Shown: positions 26,138 to 35,335 of the stretch, piece after piece
Numbering within the stretch: position 1 is the stretch's first letter
How the letters are laid out: each line of letters starts with the position of its first letter
From: an uncultured bacterium
Lineage (GTDB): Bacteria > Bacillota > Clostridia > Oscillospirales > Oscillospiraceae
Assembly (NCBI GenBank): GCA_949286295.1
Contig: CASECK010000109.1
Location: 1-35,335, forward strand
Length of the DNA stretch: 35,335 nt
Reading direction: 5' to 3'
Position numbers and translations under genes: made by a program
The notes under the pieces: model-generated
The model's database searches: none
What the model was told of the DNA's origin: nothing
What the model saw: only the letters and a program-made list of their open reading frames with translations

Positions 26138-27361
26138 ATGACCTGTTATGAGGAACTGAAGGCCCGCGGGCTGATTGCCCAGGTGACCAACGAGGAGGAA
26201 ATCTCCAAGATGATTAATGAGGGCAAGGCCGTGTTTTACATCGGCTTTGACCCCACCGCCGATTCGCTCCACGTGGGCCATTTTATGGCCCTGTGCCTGA
26301 TGAAGCGGCTTCAGATGGCGGGCAACCGGCCCATCGCCCTGATTGGCGGCGGCACCGGTTATATCGGCGACCCCTCCGGCCGCACCGATATGCGCAATAT
26401 GATGACCCCCGAGACCATCCAGCACAACTGCGACTGCTTCAAAAAGCAGATGGAGCGCTTCATCGAGTTTGGCGAGGGGAAGGCCATGATGGTCAATAAC
26501 GCCGACTGGCTGCTGAAGCTCAACTATATCGAGCTGCTGCGGGATGTGGGCGCTTGCTTCTCTGTGAACAATATGCTCCGGGCCAAGTGCTATGAGCAGC
26601 GTATGGAGAAGGGCCTGAGCTTCCTGGAGTTCAACTACATGATTATGCAGTCCTACGACTTTTACTATCTGTTCCAGCACTATGGCTGCAATATGCAGTT
26701 TGGCGGCGACGACCAGTGGTCCAATATGCTGGGCGGTACCGAGCTGATTCGCCGCAAGCTGGGCAAGGACGCCCACGCCATGACCATCACCCTCCTGCTG
26801 AACTCCGAGGGCAAGAAGATGGGCAAGACCGCCAAGGGCGCTGTCTGGCTGGACCCCAACAAGACCAGCCCTTACGAGTTCTATCAGTATTGGCGCAATG
26901 TGGGCGACGGCGACGTGCTGCGCTGCCTGCGGATGCTCACCTTCCTGCCCATGGAAGAAATCGATGCAATGGACCAGTGGGAGGGCAGCCAGCTCAACCG
27001 TGCCAAGGAGATTTTGGCCTTTGAGCTTACCAAGCTGGTCCACGGCGAGGAGGAGGCGGAGAAAGCCCAGCAGGCCGCCAAGGCCCTTTTTGTGGGCGGC
27101 GGGGACATGAGCAATGTGCCCACCACCGTCCTGTCCCAGGACGAGCTGGCGGACGGCGCCATCGGTATCCTGGACCTGATGGTCCGCTGCGGGCTGGCTC
27201 CCTCCAAGAAGGAGGCCCGCCGCCTGGTGGAGCAGGGGGGGGTTACCGTCAACGAGGAGAAGGTGACCGACCCCAACACCGGCTATACCGCCGCCCAGCT
27301 CTCCGGCGAGGGCCTGATGGTCCGCAAGGGCAAAAAAGTGTTCCATAAAGTCCAGCTGTAA
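26138..27361 (+). CDS. tyrS: Tyrosine--tRNA ligase
   Basis: [42 protein letters not shown] and a C-terminal S4 domain. Confidence 0.97.
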   Translation: MTCYEELKARGLIAQVTNEEEISKMINEGKAVFYIGFDPTADSLHVGHFMALCLMKRLQMAGNRPIALIGGGTGYIGDPSGRTDMRNMMTPETIQHNCDCFKKQMERFIEFGEGKAMMVNNADWLLKLNYIELLRDVGACFSVNNMLRAKCYEQRMEKGLSFLEFNYMIMQSYDFYYLFQHYGCNMQFGGDDQWSNMLGGTELIRRKLGKDAHAMTITLLLNSEGKKMGKTAKGAVWLDPNKTSPYEFYQYWRNVGDGDVLRCLRMLTFLPMEEIDAMDQWEGSQLNRAKEILAFELTKLVHGEEEAEKAQQAAKALFVGGGDMSNVPTTVLSQDELADGAIGILDLMVRCGLAPSKKEARRLVEQGGVTVNEEKVTDPNTGYTAAQLSGEGLMVRKGKKVFHKVQL

Positions 27362-27397
27362 AAAACCGCCCTCCGGCGCCTGCCGGAGGGCGGTTTT
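27362..27397. terminator. Bidirectional terminator between tyrS and tcdA
   Basis: AAAACCGCCCTCCGGC-gcct-GCCGGAGGGCGGTTTT. Confidence 0.88.
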
Positions 27398-28140
27398 CAA
27401 AATCCCCCCAGCTCCCGCACCACTGCCGAGGCCATGGCCAGACCCGCGGCGGCGGGGACAAAGGGGAGAGAACCCGGTGTGTCCCGGCGGGCGGTGCTGC
27501 CGGGCCGGGTGTCTGTTCCAGCGGGGAGTTCCGCCTGGATGGGCCGGGCGGGAGAGCGGGGTTCCTCGGGGGACCAGACCACCTTCAGGTGCTGGATACC
27601 ACGCCTGCGCAGCTCCTTGCGCATCACCCGGGCCAAGGGGCAGTTGACCGTTTTGGCCAGGTCGGTCACCACGCAGGCGGTGGGATTCAGTTTGTTCCCT
27701 GTGCCTAAGGCGCTGATGATTCTGACCTGTAAGGCGACACACCTTGTCACCAGCTCCAACTTAGCGGCCACCGTGTCGATACAGTCGGCCACATAGTCAT
27801 ATTGTGTCAGGTCGACCTGGCCGGCATTTTGGGGGAGATAAAACATCCGGATGGCCCGCACCTGGCAGTCCGGGTTGATGTCCCGGACCCGCTGGGCCAT
27901 CACCTCGGCCTTGGGCTTTCCCAGGGTAGAGTGGAGGGCGGCCAACTGCCGGTTCAAATTGCTCTCAGACACGGTGTCATCGTCATACAGATGCAGCGTG
28001 CCCACCCCCGCCCGGGCCAGGGCCTCCACGCAGTAGCCGCCCACGCCCCCAACGCCGAACACGGCGACCCTGGCGTTTTTCAGCCGCTCCAGCGGGGCGT
28101 CCCCCACCAGCAGGCGGGTGCGGATAAATTGATCGGACAT
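27397..28140 (-). CDS. tcdA: tRNA threonylcarbamoyladenosine dehydratase (ThiF/E1-like)
   Basis: AAGGAGGGG RBS, ATG 28140; VFGVGGVG, SNLNRQ, YDYVADCID, CPLARVMRKELR, VVWSPE and PGSLPFVP. Confidence 0.9.
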   Translation of the reverse strand: MSDQFIRTRLLVGDAPLERLKNARVAVFGVGGVGGYCVEALARAGVGTLHLYDDDTVSESNLNRQLAALHSTLGKPKAEVMAQRVRDINPDCQVRAIRMFYLPQNAGQVDLTQYDYVADCIDTVAAKLELVTRCVALQVRIISALGTGNKLNPTACVVTDLAKTVNCPLARVMRKELRRRGIQHLKVVWSPEEPRSPARPIQAELPAGTDTRPGSTARRDTPGSLPFVPAAAGLAMASAVVRELGGF

Positions 28141-28191
28141 CTCTGCCCCTCCTTGCTCAGAATGAATACGCTGGGGCCTCGGGCCGCGCCG

Positions 28192-28230
28192 GAAAAATGG
28201 GAAAGGCGCGGAGCCGGACCGCCCCGCGCC
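28192..28230 (-). terminator. Possible intrinsic terminator after dapB
   Basis: Minus strand GGCGCGGGGC-ggtccg-GCTCCGCGCC followed by the interrupted U tract TTTCCCATTTTT. Confidence 0.5.
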
Positions 28231-28269
28231 CTGAACGCCTTCAGCCTTGCCCAAAACCGGAAACACCAA

Positions 28270-29025
28270 TTATTTCACCAGCATACTCATATCATACAGC
28301 CCGGGCTTTTTGACCCCGGCGAGATACTTGGCCGCCTCCACCGCCCCCTGGGCGAAAATCTCCCGGGAGAGGGCGGTGTGGCGAATCTCCACAACCTCGT
28401 CGTGACCGGCAAAAATAATCTCGTGTTCCCCCACGATGGTGCCGCCCCGGACGGCGGAGATACCGATTTCCTTTTTCTCTCTGGGGCGGCGGACAGAATG
28501 CCGCTCGTAGACATACTCGGTCTCATGGCCGCAGGCGGACGCGGCGGCGCCGGCAATCATCAGGGCGGTGCCGGATGGGGCGTCCACCTTGCGGCGGTGG
28601 TGCCGCTCCACAATCTCAATGTCATAGCTGCCGCCCAGGACCGAGGCGGCCTTCCGGACCAGTTCCAGCAGCACATTGATGCCCAGAGACATATTGGCAG
28701 AGCGGAAGATGGGGACCACCTGTGCCGCAGCCCGCACCTGGTCCTCCTGCTCTGGCGTATAGCCGGTGGTGGCCAGGACAAGGGGGGTTCCGGTGCTTTG
28801 CGCGAAGTCCAGCAGCCCTTCCAGCGCGGCGGGGGAGGAGAAGTCGATGAGCGCATCCGCCCGGCCGGAGAACAGGGCGGGGGAGGTGTAGACGGGAAAC
28901 TCCCGGTCCGAGGCACCCAGCACATCGAAGCCGGCGGCCACCTCCACCCCGGCGCCGGCGGCGCACAGGTCCGCCACTGCCCGGCCCATATGGCCGTTAC
29001 ATCCAGAAATGATTATCTTGAGCAT
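28270..29025 (-). CDS. dapB: 4-hydroxy-tetrahydrodipicolinate reductase
   Basis: GCNGHMG, IDFS, ATTG, SANMSLG, ERHHRRKVDAPSGTA and RGGTIVGEH; ATG 29025 after AAGGAG. Confidence 0.96.
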   Translation of the reverse strand: MLKIIISGCNGHMGRAVADLCAAGAGVEVAAGFDVLGASDREFPVYTSPALFSGRADALIDFSSPAALEGLLDFAQSTGTPLVLATTGYTPEQEDQVRAAAQVVPIFRSANMSLGINVLLELVRKAASVLGGSYDIEIVERHHRRKVDAPSGTALMIAGAAASACGHETEYVYERHSVRRPREKKEIGISAVRGGTIVGEHEIIFAGHDEVVEIRHTALSREIFAQGAVEAAKYLAGVKKPGLYDMSMLVK

Positions 29026-29067
29026 GGAACGCACTCCTTCTCCCCGGCGCGGGACCCGGGGCTGTTG

Positions 29068-29958
29068 TCAGTTCAGCAGGCCGCAGCGCTCCATACAGGC
29101 GCGCAGGACGGCCAAATTCTTTTCAGACATTTCACACAGGGGAAGGCGCAGGGGACCGGCCTGCATCCCCATCAGGTTCATAGCCGTTTTGACAGGGATG
29201 GGGTTGACTTCGCAGAACAGGGCGTCAATCAGGTCCATATACTGAATCTGAAGTTTGGAGGCGGCGGCGAAGTCGTTGTCCAGACACAGATGACTCATTT
29301 CCACCATGACCTCCGGAATGATGTTGGAGGCCACGGAGATAACGCCCTGGGCCCCGAGGGCCATCATGGGGACCACCTGGTCGTCGTTGCCAGACCAGAT
29401 GTAGAAATCCTCGGGGCACAGGTAGCGGGTGTGGGCCAGCAGGGAGAAGTTGCCGCTGGCCTCCTTGACGCCGTTGATTTTGGGATTTGCGGACAAAATC
29501 CGATAGGTCTCGGCGGTGAAGGAGACCCCGGTGCGGCCAGGGACATTGTAGAGAATAATGGGCAGCTGGGTGCGGTCGGCAATGTACTCGTAGTGCTTGA
29601 TTAGACCCGTCTGGCTGGCCTTGTTGTAATAGGGGGTCACATGGAGCAGGGCGTCCGCGCCGGAGTCCTCTGCGTGCTGGGACAGGTAAACGGCAGCGGA
29701 GGTGTCGTTGCTGCCGGCTCCGGCAATGACCTTGACCCGGTGGTCCACTCGCTTGACACAAAATTCCACGGCGGCGATATGCTCCCGAATGGACATGGTG
29801 GCCGATTCTCCGGTGGTGCCGCAGACGCACACGGCGTCCACACCGGCGGCAATCTGGCTGTCAATGAGCGTTCCAAACACGCCGTAATCAATGTTCCCGT
29901 TTTCGTCAAAGGGGGTGACCAGGGCGGGGCAGGAGCCGGTGAACACAGGAGTTCTCAT
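29068..29958 (-). CDS. dapA: 4-hydroxy-tetrahydrodipicolinate synthase
   Basis: ALVTPF, GTTGES, GSNDT, PYYNK, LYNVPGRTG, GVKEASG and NPIPVK; ATG 29958 chosen on RBS spacing. Confidence 0.96.
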   Translation of the reverse strand: MRTPVFTGSCPALVTPFDENGNIDYGVFGTLIDSQIAAGVDAVCVCGTTGESATMSIREHIAAVEFCVKRVDHRVKVIAGAGSNDTSAAVYLSQHAEDSGADALLHVTPYYNKASQTGLIKHYEYIADRTQLPIILYNVPGRTGVSFTAETYRILSANPKINGVKEASGNFSLLAHTRYLCPEDFYIWSGNDDQVVPMMALGAQGVISVASNIIPEVMVEMSHLCLDNDFAAASKLQIQYMDLIDALFCEVNPIPVKTAMNLMGMQAGPLRLPLCEMSEKNLAVLRACMERCGLLN

Positions 29959-30012
29959 GGATAGCATCCTTTCTTGCAGTCAGCAAATTTTAAAACCTGG
30001 AAGCGCAGGGGA

Positions 30013-31107
30013 TTATTTGGCCTGAATGTATCCCTCGGCACACAGCAGTTCGGCCAGCAGCACTGCCCCGCCGGCGGCTCCCCGGAGGGTGTTGTGGGAC
30101 AGGCCTACAAACTTATAGTCGTACTGGCTGTCGGGACGCAGGCGGCCGGCGGTGATGGCCATGCCGCCTTCCAGCTCCCGGTCTATCCGGGCCTGGGGCC
30201 GGTCATCCTCTTCAAAATAGTGGATGAACTGCTTGGGGGCGGAGGGCAGGCCCAGTTCCTGAGGCCGGCCCCGGAACGCGGCCCAAATCTCCTTAATCTG
30301 CTCCACGGAGGGTTTCTCCCCCCGGAAGGTGAGGAAGGTCGCGGCGGTGTGGCCGTCGGACAGCGGGACCCGGAGGCACTGGGCGGTAATAGCCGGACCG
30401 TCCGCCTTGACGATTTTGTCCCCCTCCACGCGGCCCCAGACCTTCAGAGGTTCCTGCTCGCTCTTCTCCTCCTCGCCGCCGATATAGGGAATCAAGTTGT
30501 CCACCATCTCGGGCCAGCGCTCGAAGGTCTTGCCCGCGCCGGAGATAGCCTGATAGGTGCACACCAGCACCTTGTCAAGCTCATAGCCGGCCTTCATCAG
30601 GGGGGTGAGCAGGGGGGCGTAGCTCTGTATGGAGCAGTTGGACTTAACGGCGATGAAGCCCCGGCTTGTGCCAAGACGGCGGCGCTGGGCGGGGATGACC
30701 GCAAGGTGCTCGGGATTCAGCTCTGGCACCACCATGGGGACGTCCTGCGTCCAGCGGTGGGCGGAGTTGTTGGACACCACGGGGCACTCCGCCCGGGCAT
30801 ACCGCTCCTCCAGGGCGCGAATCTCTTCCTTTTTCATATCTACGGCGCAGAAGACGAAATCCACCATGCTGGCGATTTTCTCCACGTCGGCCTGAGCGTC
30901 CAGCACCACCATATCCCTGGCGTTGGCCGGGATGGGGGCTTTCATGGCCCAGCGGCCGGCCACAGCCTGCTCATAGGGTTTTCCGGCGGAGCGGGGACTG
31001 GCGGCCAGGGCGGTCAGGCGGAACCAGGGGTGGTTCTCCATCAGGGTGACAAACCGCTGTCCAACCATGCCGGTGGCGCCAATGATTCCTACGTGATACT
31101 GTTTCAT
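30013..31107 (-). CDS. asd: Aspartate-semialdehyde dehydrogenase
   Basis: GATGMVGQRF, SAHR, VPELN, SNCS, YQAISGAG, EEEK, RVPLSDGH and HNTLRGAAG. Confidence 0.96.
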   Translation of the reverse strand: MKQYHVGIIGATGMVGQRFVTLMENHPWFRLTALAASPRSAGKPYEQAVAGRWAMKAPIPANARDMVVLDAQADVEKIASMVDFVFCAVDMKKEEIRALEERYARAECPVVSNNSAHRWTQDVPMVVPELNPEHLAVIPAQRRRLGTSRGFIAVKSNCSIQSYAPLLTPLMKAGYELDKVLVCTYQAISGAGKTFERWPEMVDNLIPYIGGEEEKSEQEPLKVWGRVEGDKIVKADGPAITAQCLRVPLSDGHTAATFLTFRGEKPSVEQIKEIWAAFRGRPQELGLPSAPKQFIHYFEEDDRPQARIDRELEGGMAITAGRLRPDSQYDYKFVGLSHNTLRGAAGGAVLLAELLCAEGYIQAK

Positions 31108-31165
31108 ATGACATAACCTCCATGATGTGTCCGGGTCATTTTATGCCCCGGAGCAGGGCTCGATG

Positions 31166-31202
31166 AAAAAAATAAATCAGCGGCTTTTCAAGCGGCTGAT
31201 TT
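31166..31202 (-). terminator. Leader terminator (expression platform) of the lysine riboswitch
   Basis: Minus strand AAATCAGCCGCTT-gaa-AAGCCGCTGATTT (one mismatch) followed by ATTTTTTT. Confidence 0.75.
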
Positions 31203-31219
31203 TGTACTATAATGTCGAA
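31185..31219 (+). promoter_or_regulatory. Candidate plus-strand promoter antisense to the lysine riboswitch, with an adjacent Spo0A box
   Basis: TTTTCA(31185)-17-TATAAT(31208-31213), immediately followed by TGTCGAA (31213-31219). Confidence 0.45.
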
Positions 31220-31258
31220 AGGGCCGTCTGGGGCCGCACCGGCAAAATAACCACAAAA

Positions 31259-31432
31259 GCAGACAGCGCTCCATCAGGGTTGCCTGATGACAGTCGGCAG
31301 GCTGTTCGCCGGACGACCAGGCCCCGACCCACCGGCAGGTGGGACCTTCGGCGGCCCTCCCTTTTGACATGGATAAGCGGGAGCCGGCTCCCTGTCCATG
31401 CCTACTCTTGCAGGCCGCGACCTCTATCTTGC
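31259..31432 (-). ncRNA. Lysine riboswitch (L-box)
   Basis: Minus strand AGATAGAGGTCGCG...AAGAGTAG...AAAGG...CGCCGAAG...CTGGT...GAACA...ACTGTCA...TGGAGCGCTGTCT, upstream of asd-dapA-dapB. Confidence 0.93.
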
Positions 31433-31444
31433 AGAATTTGATTT

Positions 31445-31473
31445 ATCCTACCATGTTTCCCGCCGGGTGTCAA
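31445..31473 (-). promoter_or_regulatory. SigA promoter of the lysine riboswitch/asd operon
   Basis: TTGACA-17 nt-TAGGAT with extended TG. Confidence 0.75.
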
Positions 31474-31513
31474 GAGACCGCGGGGGAAGAAGCACAGAAA
31501 TGGAGTTGCCATC

Positions 31514-33319
31514 ATGCGCAGACAATGGATGACCGCATTCCTGACCGCCCTCATGATAGCCGCCTCTGTCCTCCCGGCGGAAGCGGTGGCCCAGAATCGG
31601 GAGGGGGAGGTCGTGATTCGCGTGGGCCTGGCCTCGGCCAGTTCCCATGTGCCTACCGGCGAGCTGGAGGCCGCCCATCTGGAAAACGAGGACGGCTATG
31701 GCGAGGGCTACCGCTTCGGCTATTACGACGAGAATTTGGATTTTGTGGAGCTGGCCAGAACCGGTTCCGGGACCACCCAGGTGGCGGTGCTCAAGACCAC
31801 CAACCTGACCTATGGGTACTCCTCCGCTCTGGACAAATATACCTATGGGGAGAACCTGTCGGGCAATATTATGGTGGGCTGCTACCATGTGCTGGTCGAA
31901 ACGGGTCTGGACCGGGAGCGGGCCGAAGAGATGGCTGCCCGGTTGGACGGCGGCTTTGTGGCCTGGATCGACGGAGAATACCAGGTGCGGGCAGGCGCTT
32001 ACACCACCAAGGAGGAGGCGCAGGCCGCCTTTGACAGTCTGTCCCAGGCGCTGGACGTGGTGGGTACCAGCTCCTATGGCATGAACGTGGTGGAGACGGG
32101 CAGCGGACGGATTCTCTTTCAGTACGATATGGGGCAGGGGGGCAAGCTGGCCATCCAGCCCGGCCAGAAAGACGGGGAGGAGACCCGCACCTGGTTTTCC
32201 GGCTATCACTACCGGGGCGGTTTTCAGTACCACCGCCGCAACGGCGGCAATCTCACTGTGGCCAATGTGGTGGAGCTGGAGGACTATGTAAACGGGGTCA
32301 TCTGCTATGAGATGGGCCGGGAGTGGCCCCTGGAGGCCCTCAAGACTCAGGCCATGTGCGCCCGGACTTATGTGCTGAAAAGTCTGAACAAACACGACAG
32401 CTACGGCTTTGATATCTGCAACTCCTCTTCCTGTCAGGTATACCGGGGGATGGGGACCGGGAAGTCCTACGGGCCAAGCCCGACCAGCCTGCAGGCCGTG
32501 GAGGAGACCGCCGGCCTGGTCATCACCTACAGAGGAGAGCTGGCTGAGACCCCCTACTCTTCCAGCCACGGCGGCGCCAGCGAGGACGCCAAAAACGTCT
32601 GGGGCACCGATACCGTGCAGGCCCACCCCTACCTGCGGGGGGTGGTGGACCCCTATGAGTCCTATGCCGACAGCATCAACGCCAAGTCCAGCTGGACGGT
32701 CACTTACACCGCCGCCGAGCTGACCCGCCAGCTGCAAAGCAAGGGCTACGGGAGCGGCACCAGCGTGGACCATCTGGAGCTGACCTACTCCCAGCTGGGC
32801 AACGTGATTCGTCTGGTGGTCCACTGGGAGAACGGCAGGACCAGCACCTTCACCCCCAGCGGCAGCAGCGCCATCCGCGGCTGCTTTGGGGTGGACTCCA
32901 TCCGCTTTACCGTCAACGGCCAGACGGTTCACCAGGGGACCCGGACGTCTGCGGCCCGCGGCTCCTCCTACGCCATCAACGGCCAGGAGGAGATTAAATC
33001 GGCGGAAGATTTGTACGCCATCTCCGGAGACGGCACGGTGAGCGCCCTGGACCGGGACGCCTATGTGATTACCGGACGGGGGAGCGTCTCCAGCCTGTCC
33101 GCCGGCCAGACCGGGGAGAGCGGCTCCACCGGGGACAATCAGGGGGGCGGCGTGGTCACGGTGTCCGGCAGCCGCTATGTCTTTGAAGGCGGCGGCTGGG
33201 GACATCAGCTGGGCATGAGCCAGTACGGCGCTTATGCCATGGCGAAGCAGGGCTTTGACTACGAGGATATCATCACCCACTACTTCCCCGGGGTAGAAAT
33301 CACCCGGTACCGATACTGA
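31514..33319 (+). CDS. Secreted SpoIID/LytB domain protein with a SPOR-like segment
   Basis: Signal peptide, [52 protein letters not shown] and [13 protein letters not shown]. Confidence 0.92.
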   Translation: MRRQWMTAFLTALMIAASVLPAEAVAQNREGEVVIRVGLASASSHVPTGELEAAHLENEDGYGEGYRFGYYDENLDFVELARTGSGTTQVAVLKTTNLTYGYSSALDKYTYGENLSGNIMVGCYHVLVETGLDRERAEEMAARLDGGFVAWIDGEYQVRAGAYTTKEEAQAAFDSLSQALDVVGTSSYGMNVVETGSGRILFQYDMGQGGKLAIQPGQKDGEETRTWFSGYHYRGGFQYHRRNGGNLTVANVVELEDYVNGVICYEMGREWPLEALKTQAMCARTYVLKSLNKHDSYGFDICNSSSCQVYRGMGTGKSYGPSPTSLQAVEETAGLVITYRGELAETPYSSSHGGASEDAKNVWGTDTVQAHPYLRGVVDPYESYADSINAKSSWTVTYTAAELTRQLQSKGYGSGTSVDHLELTYSQLGNVIRLVVHWENGRTSTFTPSGSSAIRGCFGVDSIRFTVNGQTVHQGTRTSAARGSSYAINGQEEIKSAEDLYAISGDGTVSALDRDAYVITGRGSVSSLSAGQTGESGSTGDNQGGGVVTVSGSRYVFEGGGWGHQLGMSQYGAYAMAKQGFDYEDIITHYFPGVEITRYRY

Positions 33320-33339
33320 GGAAAACGAGGACATTGGGA

Positions 33340-34362
33340 TTGAAAACCGCGGATTTTGACTTTACGCTGCCCCAGGAGCTCATCGCCCAGACGCCGCTGG
33401 AGCGGCGGGACGCCTCCAGATTGATGACGCTGGACAAGGCCACCGGCCAGGTGGGGCACCACCATTTCTATGACCTGCCCGGCTTTTTGCGGCCGGGGGA
33501 CTGCCTGGTGCTCAACGATTCCCGGGTCCTGCCCGCCAGGCTGATTGGCCACCGGCCCACCGGCGGCGCCTGCGAGGTGCTGCTGCTGACCGACCGGGGG
33601 GACAACTGCTGGGAGTGCCTGGTCCGTCCGGGACGGAAGCTGCGCCCGGGGGCGCAGGTCCTGTTCGGAGACGGCCAGCTCACCGCTGTTATCGAAGGGG
33701 AGCTGGACGATGGCAAGCGGCTGGTCCGCTTTCAGTACCAGGGCATTTTTTTAGAGCTGCTGGAGCAGCTGGGCAAGATGCCCCTGCCGCCCTATATCAA
33801 AGCGGAGCTCCAGGACAACGAGCGTTATCAGACCGTCTATTCCCGGGTCATGGGGTCCGCCGCCGCCCCCACCGCCGGACTGCATTTCACCCCCCAGCTG
33901 CTGGAGAAGATTCAGGAGATGGGCATAAAGGTCTGTTACGTTACCCTCCATGTGGGACTTGGCACCTTCCGCCCAGTAAAAGCGGAGGATATTGACGGGC
34001 ATGAGATGCACGCGGAATTTTGCGCCATTCCCCGGGAGACGGCGGATATCATCAATCAGACCAAGCGTGAGGGAGGACGGGTCATCTGTGTGGGCACCAC
34101 CTCCTGCCGCACCATCGAGAGTTTTGCCGCCGGGGACGGCACCCTGACCGAGCGCTCCGGCTGGACCAGCATCTTCATCTACCCGGGCTACCGCTTCAAG
34201 GTGCTGGACGCGCTCATCACCAATTTCCATCTGCCCCAGTCCACCCTGATTATGCTGGTGTCCGCTCTGGCCGGCCGGGAGCACGTGCTGGCCGCCTACC
34301 GGGAAGCGGTGAAAGAGCGCTACCGGTTTTTCAGTTTTGGCGACGCCATGTTTATCTCCTGA
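33340..34362 (+). CDS. queA: S-adenosylmethionine:tRNA ribosyltransferase-isomerase
   Basis: [55 protein letters not shown] and [10 protein letters not shown]; TTG 33340 (alternative 33334). Confidence 0.97.
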   Translation: MKTADFDFTLPQELIAQTPLERRDASRLMTLDKATGQVGHHHFYDLPGFLRPGDCLVLNDSRVLPARLIGHRPTGGACEVLLLTDRGDNCWECLVRPGRKLRPGAQVLFGDGQLTAVIEGELDDGKRLVRFQYQGIFLELLEQLGKMPLPPYIKAELQDNERYQTVYSRVMGSAAAPTAGLHFTPQLLEKIQEMGIKVCYVTLHVGLGTFRPVKAEDIDGHEMHAEFCAIPRETADIINQTKREGGRVICVGTTSCRTIESFAAGDGTLTERSGWTSIFIYPGYRFKVLDALITNFHLPQSTLIMLVSALAGREHVLAAYREAVKERYRFFSFGDAMFIS

Positions 34363-34419
34363 TTCCCCCTTCGGAAAGGAAGGCCGCGGCGTTCAGTCTA
34401 CACAGTGAGGAGCATATGT

Positions 34420-35335
34420 GTGTTTGAAGTTTTAAAGACCCAGGGCCGGGCCCGCCGGGGCGTGTTTAGCTGCCCCCACGGCACAGTCCAGACCCCTGTT
34501 TTTATGAATGTGGGGACCCAGGGGGCCATCAAGGGTGCCGTATCCGCCCAGGATTTGAAGGAGATTGGCTGCCAGGTGGAGCTGTCCAACACCTACCATC
34601 TGCATCTGCGCCCCGGAGACGCGGTGGTCCGCCAGATGGGGGGGCTGCACCGATTCATGGGCTGGGAGGGCCCTATGCTCACGGACAGCGGAGGGTTTCA
34701 GGTCTTTTCTCTGTCCGGGCTGCGGACGATTAGCGAGCAGGGGGTCACCTTCGCCTCCCATATCGACGGCAGGCGTATTTTCATGGGCCCGGAGGAGTCC
34801 ATGGCAATTCAGTCCAATCTGGGCAGCGACGTCGCCATGGCCTTTGACGAGTGCGTGGCCAACCCCTCGCCTTACGACTATGTGGAGGCCTCCTGTGCCC
34901 GGACAACCCGCTGGCTGGAGCGGTGTGTGGCGGAGCACAGGCGGCTGAACGCGCGGCTCGATTGCGTCAATCCCGGCCAGATGCTCTTTGGAATCAACCA
35001 GGGGGGCACCTATGCCGGCCTGCGGGTGGCCCACATGAAGGAAATCTCCCAATTAGACTGCGACGGCTTCGCCATCGGCGGTCTGGCGGTGGGGGAGCCC
35101 ACCCAGGTTATGTATGACATCATTGACGCGGTGGAGCCTCATATGCCCTGGAATAAGCCCCGCTATCTCATGGGGGTCGGCACCCCCTCCAACATCATCG
35201 AGGCGGTGGCCCGGGGGGTGGACTTTTTCGACTGCGTCATGCCCGCCCGGAATGCCAGGCACGGGAAGTTGTACACCTGGCGCGGCACCCTCAACATCAA
35301 AAATGAAAAATTCAAGCTGGACCCCAGGCCCATCG
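34420..35335 (+). CDS. tgt: tRNA-guanine transglycosylase, bacterial preQ1 type, 3'-truncated by the window (not in the ORF track)
   Basis: GAGGAG RBS, GTG 34420. Hand translation gives TPVFMNVGT, SNTYHL, LTDSGGFQVFSL, AFDEC, GGLAVGE, PRYLMGVG and FDCVMP, open to the window end. Confidence 0.95.
   Translation, partial: MFEVLKTQGRARRGVFSCPHGTVQTPVFMNVGTQGAIKGAVSAQDLKEIGCQVELSNTYHLHLRPGDAVVRQMGGLHRFMGWEGPMLTDSGGFQVFSLSGLRTISEQGVTFASHIDGRRIFMGPEESMAIQSNLGSDVAMAFDECVANPSPYDYVEASCARTTRWLERCVAEHRRLNARLDCVNPGQMLFGINQGGTYAGLRVAHMKEISQLDCDGFAIGGLAVGEPTQVMYDIIDAVEPHMPWNKPRYLMGVGTPSNIIEAVARGVDFFDCVMPARNARHGKLYTWRGTLNIKNEKFKLDPRPI

Noticed and set aside
31448-33334. 628-aa minus-strand ORF, and similar long shadow ORFs at 3518-5158, 16526-18163, 20689-21888, 25946-27742 and 27802-29604
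   Set aside because: They lie antisense to well-supported genes and show no motifs; long shadow frames are expected in GC-rich coding DNA.
34363-34419. preQ1 riboswitch between queA and tgt
   Set aside because: Only a weak short hairpin; no preQ1 stem-loop with A-rich tail is recognisable.
31514-35335. spoIID/lytB-like gene next to queA-tgt as a novel association
   Set aside because: To my knowledge this order is common in Clostridia, so adjacency alone is not new.
1-35335. CRISPR array, IS element, prophage, defence island, tRNA or rRNA
   Set aside because: No spaced repeats, transposase, integrase, phage or defence-type ORFs, or structural RNA genes seen; nearly all sequence is explained by housekeeping genes and short spacers.

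Overview
GC-rich chromosomal backbone of a spore-forming clostridial Firmicute. An Oscillospiraceae-like organism is my inference from gene content, gene order and codon style; it was not verified by search. I see no mobile element, CRISPR array, rRNA or tRNA. In order, the window holds: the 3' part of a Na+-translocating decarboxylase beta subunit plus a 46-aa OadG-like gene missing from the ORF track; two small hypothetical genes; ylbJ; an M48-like peptidase-rarA-TauE cluster; DUF3810-tmcAL divergent from ackA; DUF951 and a radical SAM gene; a SleB-type cell wall hydrolase; the conserved nusB-(TsaD/Kae1 paralog)-xseA-xseB-ispA-DUF212-dxs-tlyA-nadK-argR-recN operon; an NSS transporter; a membrane XRE regulator; a tyrosine T-box leading an EamA transporter and tyrS; a lysine riboswitch leading asd-dapA-dapB followed by tcdA; and spoIID/lytB-like-queA-tgt (tgt truncated by the window end). 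I cannot support a large, clearly new multi-gene system here. The best leads are smaller: an uncharacterised TsaD/Kae1 paralog, a candidate promoter firing antisense through the lysine riboswitch, a Tyr T-box whose first gene is a DMT transporter, a tailless decarboxylase gamma subunit, and face-to-face ackA/tmcAL promoters. All family assignments come from motif recognition by eye; no database was searched.
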